Below are positions 28,515 through 40,862 of a stretch of DNA of 64,000 bases, in pieces. Each line of letters starts with the position of its first letter. Positions within the stretch are counted from its first letter, which is position 1. The notes under the pieces were generated by a model that searched no databases, had not been told where the DNA came from, and saw only the letters and a program-made list of their open reading frames with translations. The translations under genes and the position numbers were made by a program. Source of the stretch: the human T2T-CHM13v2.0 reference genome, Homo sapiens; NCBI RefSeq assembly GCF_009914755.1, contig NC_060938.1, one strand, 5' to 3'.

Positions 28515-29273
28515 TTTTGACAAGAATATTTTTTATTATTGAAAAATACACAAAGGTGAAAGGTTGCTGAGCAGCTGATTTTCCATAGTACAACAGAGTA
28601 TTATAAGAAAGAGGGAAATGTATCTGTTATATATGGCAGTTTACATTTCTAAGGCATTTAGGCTTAAGAGCACTAGGTCTTGCACAGCTAGGTGCATTGT
28701 CTTGAGTTTAAATATACTGAGGCACACCAGGCAGGCAAAGGATTCAAAACTATACATTAAAACTTGTTCATGCATTTGTGTCTTAGGATTTTATTCCCTA
28801 CCCTCCTTATTCATTTTTTTCCCACATGGGTTTTGGAGTTGTTCATAGAACACTGGAAATAATCGACTCTTCAAGAGTTTGTTTACAATGACAACACCAA
28901 TGGGACACACCAAACAGAACTACTTCACAGATACATTCTGTCTCTTACCAAAATGAAGCTCCAGTAAGAAAAACACTGATTTGCAAAGGCACAGTGGAGA
29001 CAGGTTTAATGCATTAAATATAACATGAATCATTCACAATAACAAGTTTCGTGTTTCAGGGAACTTTTGTTAATACAACACAGTTGGTCACACAAAATAC
29101 AAATGCTTCTGTTGATTTGTCTTGGCAACTCAGATACATCAACAGTGCTAACAGTTTAACAGCTTTGTTCTCATCTGACAGAAAATAATGGCAGTTCTGC
29201 AAGGCAAATGTTAAACCTGACCGTATGTATTTATTAGTTCCACAGTGTTTTGACAGATTATAGGAGATGGAAC
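28515..29273 (-). other. PRKD1: PRKD1 3'UTR (end inferred from the distal poly(A) signal)
   Basis: Repeat-free sequence between the TGA and the AATAAA at 28532-28537. Confidence 0.8.
28532..28537 (-). terminator. PRKD1: Distal polyadenylation signal AATAAA of PRKD1
   Basis: TTTATT on plus; followed on the minus strand by GU/U-rich sequence (ATGTGTCC..CTATTTTCATTC). Confidence 0.75.
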
Positions 29274-29549
<276 letters not shown>

Positions 29550-30295
29550 TCATATGATGTCAGTTTCTGCAATCTATGAGTTACCCTTCTCCTTCCACTC
29601 TAACAGCGCTGAATCTTTCATCACGCATCCTCAAGTGACAGTGTCTGCACCAAAGCCATCCTATTTGTCTAACCTTTGCAAATACATACTGTTTATAAGA
29701 TAGCATGGATCAAAGAGTGGGCAATTAATGTTTGCAGTCAAGCAATCAGGAATGCCAGTATTCCTTTGAAATTTAATGCCTACAAATAATCTTTCAGTAT
29801 TTCAGAGTATTAGTTTCCTAAAGTTTAAATTCGATGTGAAAATAATAAAGCACATCCATATACTTTGTATTTGCCATGCATTTGTTCCATATATAATAAC
29901 CTAGCATTTAAAAATATAGCTTCTAAATGAGTACAGTGCATGACCAGATGGGCATCTATTTGTACATTTATCAGGATTACACATACAGATGCTTTTGAAA
30001 TCTGGTCCTCTGAGGTCTGTTATGATCCTTGGTTTATTTATTTATTTTTGGTTTTGCCTTTTGGTTTTGGGCTGTGTGTGTGTGTGTATATGCGTGCGTG
30101 TATCTCTTCTATCAAATTATCCTGGTAGAGAAAAATGTTTAGAAACACTAAATTGTTATTAAATCCTATGAAGTTGCATGCATTTGAGCAAATAAATTGA
30201 TATTAGAATAATCACACTTTAAAAATTATTGCAAAAGATTTCTAAATATCAAAATCCTATAAATATTTAGAAGCTCATTCAACTAAGAAAACTCA

Positions 30296-30406
<111 letters not shown>

Positions 30407-30578
30407 TTATCAGTAAAAATAGATGACAAATCTGTAACATATGCATAATTCATTTATAGTTTATTTCACATCTGCTATTTCACACAGTTAAATGCAGCAT
30501 AGTGACAAGGCACTAGAACCAAAAAAAAAATCCTCTTAAGAATACTGAAACTTTGGCCTTCATTTTATTTTGGATACT

Positions 30579-30606
30579 AAAAAAAAAAAAAAAAAAAAAA
30601 AAAAAA
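30579..30606. repeat. A28 homopolymer
   Basis: Directly visible; no adjacent Alu/L1 body recognised. Confidence 0.9.
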
Positions 30607-33419
30607 GAAGAAGTTGGAAGTAATTATGGAAGAAGTATTAGAGTCTATTGTATGATATGAATTTCAATTGGTCTACTCTTTAACACTTTCTTTAATTTAG
30701 AAATTTTGTTTATATGTACATCATTTAAATATGTCTTACAATATGGGCAGGATAAAACTAATATTCAAGATAAAGCATTTACTAATTTTGTTATAAAACA
30801 TGCTGAACGTTTGAATACACACAATGGTTCACACAGTATTGAATTAAATGACAGATATCTGAACATCATATTTGTATGGAAAAAATGCATCATAACATGG
30901 GTCATATCTCATGATAAACTTGGAGCCTGAAAACCAACAGCCCAAGAAGAAAACACTTTAATTGCTTTCACTTTGCTTTTGCTTTCAAAAATAACCAATG
31001 TATTGGAATTACATCAGCCTTCATAGACTTTCTAGAGGAAGACAGGAAAGAAGTCTATTTAACAAGAAATGTTCTCTGAGGGGTTAGAACCACAATCCCT
31101 CTGGCCTAGTACTCTGCTTGTGACTGGGGAGTCTGTGAGTGTAATTTATGAAGAAAAAGTAATACTCATCGTTATCTAGTCTGAAAATCATCCTAGTTAC
31201 CCACAGTATCATGTGATGGAGTTCTCACTCTCCTTTTCTGGACGTTATATTTTCAGTATACGTCATTAATAGTTCATTATTTATTAAAGTCATTCCCTCA
31301 CACTTCTCATTCTTGTAATAACTTCCATGTTTCTTTTTTTGAATTTTAGCATTTTCTTCCCAAAAAGAGCTTAGTGAAATCTGCCAACCTAATAGGAAGC
31401 ATTTATATTTCAAAGAGTTAATTTTTGCCCTTAACCTACCCTAGGCATTATGTCTGAAAGATGGCTCTTCCTACCAAAAATCTTAATCAAACAGGCAGCT
31501 GATAAACGAAAATGAAAATTAACTCCTCATCTTTCCCTATCACCAAGTCTTGAATAGGCAGCTTTGAATCCACTTTTTGGTGTGCATCAACCTGTATGGA
31601 CCTGAAGATACAGACTGTCACATGAGACCAGAGGAACAAAGACTGCTTCCTTCAATCAGAATCCTTCCCAGTGTCAGGCAAAGAAAAGTGACTTCTACAG
31701 TCTTTTGGTAATTGAGAACCATATCTCTATGGAGCTAATGTTACAAGTATTTGCCTGCCCTGAAGGGCTGTAGAGTCAAATATCAAACAATTATTTGGAG
31801 AAATGAAATGCAACAACACACATTTAAATGTTGCCTATGCCTATACACTCTTGCCTTACCTAGGATACCTGAAGAAATACAGTACTCAGTACATTTTCAT
31901 ATTCCAAGCATGTGTTCTCAGAGAGCTTTTAAAAGTATAGTTCTGTGAACTGCGTATAGGGCATGTGCTTTAAAATATCCATTCACATGATTTACTCACT
32001 GGTGAGTAAAGTGCACCTTCCATTCTTGCTGCTGTGAAGTCACCCGGCAAAAATGGAGGACAAGGAGTGAAGGGAGAGCTTATGTGCTATTGCAAGCTTG
32101 CTGCAGCATTACACTGCCCTAGACACTGCAGGAAATAAATTCATGTCATTAATTCACTCATTCTGTTTGGAATTCTGTAATTAGAAAGGCAGGAGTACAG
32201 TAACTCAACAAAAGGTCTCGTTTGTGCCCAAATGGGCCCCAACAGTGAACCACACTGCATAATGGGGAGGGAAGTACTATCAGAGGGGAAACTAGAAGTG
32301 TCTGAAGGGAATGGAATAAGTAAAAATGAAAAAATTGTTCTGCTGAATGAAGCATACAATCATTAGTCTGACTACGCCACAGTACCCAACCCAAGTGACC
32401 TGAGTAAGCACAACAAGGCAATGGCAACTACTTCCAAGAGAAAATGGTTAAGGATATAAGGAGAGAATTAGAGGAGAAACGTGTATGTATAAATAAATGT
32501 GTGTGTGTGTGTATACATACATTTTGTGGCTTTTGGAAGCACACAACAGAAATAATGAACTATTAAATGTTAGCACCTATAGCTAAATGTTGGGACCACG
32601 GTATTAGTGAGAAAATAGGTCCGTCATTTGTAGTTGAGAATTCTGTTCTGCTTGTTACTTTTCTGGAACTCTTAAAATATCCTTTTTATTAATCAAGTTG
32701 TATACAATCCAGCATTAACTATACCATCCAAAATGCGTTTTACTAAACATTTTTGAACACAGTTTAGAGGCTTTTTTCCTTCCAATATTCTCTTTACTGG
32801 CCATGTCTACATTGATACAATATTCATGTAATAAAATAGTCTCAGATGTATTATGTATGTATAAATCATTCATTTATCTGTTCATTCACCAAATCTTCCT
32901 TAATTCCTGTTGGCAATTACTTATGAAATAAAAAGTTAATGATCAAGCCCTGACCCCGAAAAGCTCACAATCTAGTTGCAAAGGCACATGCATGCCCCTC
33001 CCCAGACCACAGATGACATCATGACACAATACACCATTCTGAATCTTTGACCTTTAATTCATATCCTACTCAAAGCAAAAAAAAAAAAGTGTTTTCTTTT
33101 TATAACTTACTGTCATTAGTCCTATTTATGTTTTAGATGCAATGGAAAACTTTATTCTATATGACAGTTCTTTACATCTTTGGAGACAGTGATTCATTCC
33201 CCTTAATCTCACCTCTATAGTTCCTTCAGATCTTTCAGCCTGCTTAGTCCTCCTGCACACCTCGATTTTAATAGTCACTAGCTCTACTCAATGTCCCTGT
33301 TAAAATTCAGTGATCATCACTGACCAACATTTTCCTCACTAACTGCCAATTTGAATTATACGCAAATATATTATTCATATAGTCTAGGATTGAGGGGTTT
33401 TCATTCTTTTTTAAAAAAT

Positions 33420-33615
33420 TACATTCATATTCTTATTTAGTCCTTATAACAACCCCCTGAAAGTAGTTATTATTTTAATCTCCATTTTAATAAAAGGAAA
33501 ACGTGACGCTTCAAAAGGCCATGTAAGTTGGTCAAAGTCAGACAGCTCCTAGGCAATACAGCTGAATTTGAAACCCAGGGGGACTGGAATTCAAAGCCTG
33601 TGCTCTTAAACACTA
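33420..33615 (-). mobile_element. MIR
   Basis: CTTATTTAGTCCTTATAACAACCCC..CTCCATTTTA..AAGTCAGACAGCT..ATTTGAAACCCAGG. Confidence 0.75.
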
Positions 33616-34308
33616 TGGCAGACTGCAGCCATATTATGCCATTAACTTATCATTGTAAGTGGATAATTATCTCAAAAATTAACATTTTATTTTTACAGTC
33701 ATGATAATTACATTCTTAGTTATGTTTCCACCACACTTTTATGTGCTTGAACGCAAGGATGTGTGTGTATGTGTATGTACATCTCTGTGACCATAGCTCT
33801 GCCTCATATCGTTAATTCTCCTAGCTTTCTGTCATGCTCACACCGAATAAGCCCATCTGCTATGTATTAATACAATTATTAGAACTTTTTTCAGGATAAG
33901 GCCTAAACATAGGGCTTTCTGACTCTATCACAAAACACATTACCAACTGCCAGGCCTATTAATTATTCTTTGAGCAAGTCTTAAAAGCAGGCAGTGCTTC
34001 CTCCTAGAAGTATTCCTATGTAGCTCATATTTACCATCTTCTCCAAAGGCTATTTTAGGCTATTTTTTTTTTCAAATGCTTTATCATTGAGACACATCAG
34101 TTCTTGGTAAGACTCATTCTACCAATCTGGTAATCCTACTTAAAAAAAAGTGCAGTTATTCTGGAATAATACATTTTAAGTAAATTAACATTGACAAATA
34201 CTGACTTTCAGTCATTTTCTTCTCAAGGCCAAGATTTGTTTTCTAAATATTTGCAAATCATCTATTTAATCATTCATTCATTCTAGAATTTTGTCAAGGA
34301 TAAATACT

Positions 34309-34492
34309 GAGCTTCTTGTTGAATAATTTGAGAATCCATTCTTTCCCCCTTTTAGAAATTCTACTTGTCTTAAATACCTTGGTATCTCTCTCATTTTATC
34401 GAGCTTCTTGTTGAATAATTTCAGAATCCATTCTTTCCCCCTTTTAGAAGTTCTACTTGTCTTAAATACCTTGGTATCTCTCTCATTTTATC
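34309..34492. repeat. Tandem duplication, 2 x 92 bp
   Basis: Units 34309-34400 and 34401-34492 differ at 2 positions. Confidence 0.95.
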
Positions 34493-36735
34493 TATGATTT
34501 ATTAAAAATTACCACGGCTCTAAAAGCACATCTGTTAGTTTCTTCAATATGTAGTGTGTCCAGCTCTGAACATTTACCCATCTCATAGCTGCTATTGAGT
34601 GCACTTTTGTGATACTTCCATTTCCCATAGGTGCCAGCTCCCAGCAGAGACTGCCATGTGTAATTTATCAAGCATAAAGACACTAAGACAAGGGAAAGGG
34701 GAAGCCAGTTGTAAAGGAACAGCCAGTCTAGTAAAGCTGGGGAAGTCACAGCAGTCCCAGAAGAGAGCCAACAATGAGGGAAAAAAGAGCCCAACTGGGG
34801 TCTGGAGTCCAGTTCCAAAACTAACATCAAAATTCAGAATTTAGATCTAGAGTGAATGTGGTAGGACATGCCTTTGGAACTGCAGGAGAGTAGTGGAGAG
34901 GGACAATGTGGGAGACATACAAAATTGGGCCATTCTATGAATTCCTCTCAAAAACAAAGTAAAGGAGAAAGGGAACATGGTCTGGCTGTGGGAAGGAAGA
35001 AAGTAAGGAGTGGAGCAGAATGAAATGTCATAATCTGGCACAGCTGCAGATTAGGATGCTCGTGCCCCAGTGGGGAAGTGTAGAGGAATGCCGAAACTCC
35101 AGTTTACCTGCAGCTCCACAAGGAGCTGGGGCCCTCAGAAATCTGGAGCCCTGTGCAAAAGAGATACTTCGGGAAGAATGCCTCAGACATTCTTGGTACC
35201 CTGTACCTCCTTCTATAAAAACAGCAAAAGGACTATATCCAAATACCTAGATTTCTTGGGGTAAGATATATTGGAACATAGTGCGGTCTTTCAGTGGTTT
35301 CAGGCAATAAACAGATGCCGTTTAAATAGCAGAGATGGAACAAGGGCCAAAGCAGTAGGGGAAATGAGAATCCTTTATTCTCTTGGGTTCCCTGTACCCT
35401 CTTCGCCTGCTATTTTCTCAGTTTGAATACCCCCACCTCACACCACTTTGTTCCTGAAGGACACAGGAGTAAAACAGGCAGTGGCTAGTTCCTCCTTCTT
35501 TTTGCAGTAAACATGACACCAACCTTTTCGAAAAGTGGTATGATTATTTTCTGATTATACCTCCTCATTTATTCTGGGGGGTGAGTCTTTCTAACATTAT
35601 TCTGAGAATTTTATTATCTTTATTCATGCTTAAGCTCAATCCTCTCCTTTCATCTTTTTAATACCTTGTCTTAAATCTAAAGTTTCTTAAATAGCCACAA
35701 CCGGGCATGTGGGAAGTCTTTTTTTTCTCTTCTTATGGAAAAATTTTAAACAATTGTATGGTGTACATTTCCATTTTAAAATTTTCTCCTCATGAGCAGA
35801 GTTTTGTGCTTTATAAAATGTCTCTAGCCATGGATTCACAATAATGTTCCCTACAAATTATAAAAAAAATTTATTTTTTGAAATCTAATGTTTCTTTTGC
35901 TACAATAAATTTTTGGCTAACACAGTTACTCTCCTTCTAACTTCCTGTACAGCATTTTTTCTCCTTGCCCTATCAGTTTAGAGACAAAAAAAGTCAGGAA
36001 AGCAAAGAGAAAATTTTATCAAACATTCTCTTTTAGCAGAATGGGACTTTCAGCAGCTATTAGGATAGCCGAAGTTCTGTGCAGCCTATTTGCTAGGTGC
36101 ACAAGGATACCTGAACAAAGACAAAATTAAATGGTATATGCGGGTGCAGAGGGCTTTATGTTCTAATATGAAAAGAAGCATTCCATCAGAATATGATATA
36201 GATTCCATTTTTTCTAACAATAACAACAAAATACAGAATTATATTTGAAGTTGCACAAACTATACTGCAGTCATTCTCCATTTTAAAGCAAATACCAAGT
36301 GTGTAGATACAAAAGGTGTTTTGTATGCAGAAGGTAGATTTACAGGTGTCATTGTTGTGGCTAAACTGAAAGGCATCCAAAGCTTGCAGAAAACTCTAAG
36401 AAAAGACTGTAACTGGACATATTTAAATTCTTAATAGGTTCCCCAGGTCACACCTTTCAATCATGTTCCATTTCCCATTTTATTTCCTTTTATTATTTCA
36501 ATACATGCCTATCTCCCCACACTCTCATCATTAGATTTTAGCTCCTTTAAGGTCACACAGATTGGGTATTCATTTTTTTTCGCACATAAGTTTTATAAAT
36601 ATTTAAAGTAAAATATATTTAAACTATAATGCATTAGAAAAATGCTTGCTAAGTAGCATTTGGCAGACTGAATACATTAAATAGAAATGTAAATCGCCAT
36701 TTTCTTAGCTCTAAGTTTCAATACCCATATTGTAT

Positions 36736-36891
36736 GCATATGGTTTGTATATTTTGGCTAAAAATATTTCTGGATGGTAGGGCATCACAACTCTACAAAA
36801 TATAACAGATCGTAAGATCAGTGACTTCTTTTAGAAAATCAGTGTGATGCTGAGTGTAACTGCCATGCAGATTATGTTTATTTTACAATGT
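36736..36891 (+). repeat. 156-bp unique-sequence segment, donor copy
   Basis: Direct repeat of 37659-37814 with 7 mismatches. Confidence 0.93.
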
Positions 36892-37658
36892 GTATTTTTC
36901 AGGCGGGAAATCACCTGTGAAACCTCAAGGCTGATCTCTTTTGTCAAGACACAGTACATTTTCCCCCGACTTCTCTCCACCCCAAATTATTCAGGTATCT
37001 TTTCAAAATAGAAACCAGATAGAACAATCATTCTGGTGATAGAGCCTTCGCCAATCAACCTTCAAGCTCCTTGCCTTCAGGCAAGTGTTTTCTCTTTTTT
37101 TTTTCCCTTTCAATTCTGCCTCACCACCTGTCACAGTGTAGTGCTTAGTACTTCTCTCCCTTTGGCTTGCTTCATGCTGATGGGAAGTTGTGTGTTTATT
37201 TTAAAAATCGTTTTGCAACCCTTCACATTCCAGCTCTCAACCCAGCATGCTGTTGCTCAGCAACACTAACTGGGACGCTCCTCTCAGGGACTGAAACCAG
37301 AGGCTGCCGGCTGCAAACAAGGCCACTGGAAATCATCGTCTCACTCACTCCGGAGTCAATTACTGGAATCCAATGAAGTGCAAGACCTTTAGAGACTCGA
37401 GTCGGCATCTTTCCTTTTCAGTTCTTTCCTCTGTAGAAAGTTATTCTATCAATGGTTACTCCTTTGCTTTTCATCCAATTTCATTTCCTCCTGAAAACTG
37501 GGGATATGATCTTGGAAATCATAAATTGTTTAAACACACCCATACAGCAGCCTCCAAACTGAAGCCCAATTGATTCAAAATTTAAAGAAGAAATCAAAAT
37601 ATATTTATATTATTCTGATCATGTTCATACTGGACTTGGTTTCATTTTAATGAACTAG

Positions 37659-37814
37659 GCATATGGTTTGTATATTTTGGCTAAAAATATTTCTGGATGG
37701 TAGAGCATCACAACCTTACAAAATATAACAGATCATAAGATCAGTGACTTCTTTTAGAAAATCAGAATGATGCTGAGAGTAACTGCCATGCAGATTATGT
37801 TTATTTTACAATGT
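37659..37814 (+). repeat. 156-bp inserted copy flanked by a 17-bp target-site duplication
   Basis: Flanks TTCATTTTAATGAACTA (37641-37657) and TTCGTTTTAATGGACTA (37814-37830). Confidence 0.9.
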
Positions 37815-37984
37815 TCGTTTTAATGGACTACACACTAAAATCCTTTGGGAAGTTTTATTTTTAAATATTGATACTCAAACCAAAGGTCAAGTGAAAATCC
37901 TTAGGAGAGGATATTGATATTTGTATCAATATTTGCAGAAGTGCCTCAAGTCTGTGCAGCTACAGTTGAGCATGACTGTGCTAA

Positions 37985-38143
37985 GTAGTGCTTCTCTTTT
38001 ACATACATATGAAAAATAGTTAAGAGATCTTAAACTGAAGATTCTGATTTGGTAGTTCTGAGGTGGGGCCTGATAGTCTGTATTTTAATGGCAGCTAGGC
38101 AATCCAATATTGCTGGACTTTAAACCACATTTTGAGTAGCAAG
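37985..38143. mobile_element. MER5-type hAT MITE
   Basis: ATTCTGATTTGGTAGTTCTGAGGTGGGGCCTGA...ACCACATTTTGAGTAGCAAGG. Confidence 0.65.
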
Positions 38144-38673
38144 GAGCTAGAGGTATGAGAACATTGATAGTGGTTAAAAACTGGCTTAATATTGCCCAAA
38201 GGGTCCTTGAATAGATGGACATAAATATACAGAAAGGTATCTAATCATAGAGGTATCTGTCCTCAGCTCCATCTTGTTCAGTATCTGGAATGCAGAGATA
38301 GAAGGGTTTAAGGATAATTTCTGCTCAGAAGTTGCCAACAGGAAGAGCAAACAAATTGGATTACACAAATAATTTCCCAAATAACTACAGACTGGAGCAA
38401 TGGGCCATGCTGGTAAAATAACTTAAAGGAGACAATTGAAACTATGTCCTCTATTTAGGTCCTTCTCTCTCAACCTCCTCAAAAGGACTAAGTACAGAAT
38501 TGGAAAATCTGGCTTATCAACAATATATGTAAGAATGAAATCTGGGTTTTAAATCCACAGTAAACTCAGTATGATCGTATTTCTTATCCCCAAATCAAAT
38601 ATTATTTTATGTTGTGCTAACAGAAATGTGTACTTTGTAATGAGGGTAGTAGTCGTTTCACTTTACTCTCTCC

Positions 38674-38958
<285 letters not shown>

Positions 38959-40710
38959 CACTTTACTCTTAATTAGACTCATTGACCCTTAAGTCAGATC
39001 AGTCCTGAGGGTTGACTATAAGATAACGTAGATAAAGCAGAGAGTGCTTGTGCCACAGTGAACAGGAGGGTGAAGAAAAAACTGACTTGTGCAGGAGAAG
39101 AGAAGGCTGGGGGAGACGTGATGATGGCTTTCAAACCTCTGAGATGAGTCTTTATTTGGAAAGGGATTGGGTTTGTTCTATCAGTGTGTATAAATACATG
39201 AACATTTTTGTTCACTGTTTTGGGGTCAAATTAAAAAGAAACTGGGCTGCTCATGAAATTGTGTATTTTCCATTACTAGAACAATTTGGTAATATTCTAG
39301 ATAATTACTCAGTGGATTGGCACTTGGGAGCCGTACAGGGGTTAGATAAGATTTTTAACATCCTGTATTTTGAAGTATTATTCTTTGTTGTTATGGAAGA
39401 AAGCAAACTTACAGAATATTTTTGTTGATCCTCTATTCAGACATCTCCACACATAACTCAGGTGTTATATATTTCAACTAAACTATGATGTACATTCAGA
39501 AGTGAAACTAACTTTGTAACTGAAATATACAGGAAATATTTCTATTTTGAATGGCAAATAAACAGCCAATTTTGAGCATTTACAATGCCAATGTGCTTGC
39601 TAAAACCTCTGAGCAGCTTCTCTCTATAAATATCATTTGTTAGAGAAAATCTCATGAACTGTATTTTGCTTGCTATCAAAATAAATGATTCTTTTCCTAA
39701 TGGGACATGCTTTGCAGATACTACCTTATTTGGATTTTGAAATATGTATACATAGGTATATATGTAAAAAAATCACTCTACTGGTAGATATTTTTCAAGT
39801 CATTTTATGCCTTTGGCTCATAATTGGAAAGTTCCTTCTTATTGTATAAAATATTCTTTTATTAAAATTAAACATAATTAATTCCAGAATCTTAAGTTGA
39901 GATTGTTTAGAATGTTAAACCCCAGTGGAGGTTCTGACCACCATAATTCACTTTATCTTATCAATTCTGATTAAATTTCCTGGCACCCAGTCAGCATTTT
40001 TAAGCAGTTCACTGGCTAGTCTCCTCGCCTCTCCTCCATGCCGTTATGTCTGACAGTGTGTTAATATGTTGACAAATCAATCTATTCATTAATATTCAGC
40101 AGGCTCGCTGGATCTGCAAGGCTCATAAACTGTTACAAACACAGTTTAATTATTAAAATGACAATTGTCTTTCTTTTGTTTCGCGTACCATTGGATTTCT
40201 GGGTCTCATCTACCCGAGGCTTATTTTCAATGGGGTTATTTTTTTGTTTTGAACAATATGTTGTGAAAGAGGGACCTACAGCTGGTTCCTTTTCATGGTA
40301 AAGTGCTACTTCCAACTTAAGTGTTTAGCGTTCTGGAACACTGTTGGATTTTGAAAACATACCATGTGGTAATGGTGCTGGGCTTTTATTTAGCTTTGCT
40401 TTGTGTTTGTACTGGCTATATTTTTCAATCTCCAATTTCTGGAGAAAAAACACACTTGTGACCAATTTAATTTGAATTTACCAAGTTGAATGGCAAAAAT
40501 ATCTTAAAAATTTAGATGCCTTGATAAATGTAGTGGTATATTATGATAGCCATTCTATGCCTTGAGATACCGTGTATTCTATATTGTATAGTTGAGGATT
40601 GAGACCAGTTGGAAGAATAAATTATAGCTGTGCTTATCAGGAAAAAGAAGCACAAATATGACCATGGAGGTTGCCAGGGCACACAAGTGGAAGAAACTCG
40701 CGTCACTGGT

Positions 40711-40786
40711 TGCATCACCATAATCTGATAATTTTGCCTTTAGTTCCTTCAGTGCACTAAAGGCAAAATTATCAGATTGTGATGCA
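40711..40786. repeat. Inverted repeat / hairpin (23-bp perfect stem + 8-bp extension, 11-nt loop)
   Basis: 40722-40744 AATCTGATAATTTTGCCTTTAGT is the exact reverse complement of 40756-40778; TGCATCAC/GTGATGCA extends the stem past a 3-nt bulge. Confidence 0.95.
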
Positions 40787-40823
40787 CTAAAGGCATTTCC
40801 TATGCTTTGCATTATTCCTAAAG

Positions 40824-40824
<1 letters not shown>

Positions 40825-40859
<35 letters not shown>
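40825..40859. repeat. (GT)n microsatellite
   Basis: Directly visible. Confidence 0.95.

Positions 40860-40862
<3 letters not shown>

Noticed and set aside
36736-36891. Duplicated 156-bp segment as a snoRNA (TGATG/CTGA motifs)
   Set aside because: No proper box C (RTGATGA) and box D pair with a terminal stem, and no H/ACA layout, on the host-gene strand
34309-37830. Direct repeats as a CRISPR-like or other array
   Set aside because: Only two copies each, no repeat-spacer periodicity, eukaryotic intron context
37863-37934. Short AT-rich inverted repeats (AAATATTGATAC/GTATCAATATTT; similar 7-8 bp ones near 40126 and 41200)
   Set aside because: Too short and AT-rich to exceed chance expectation
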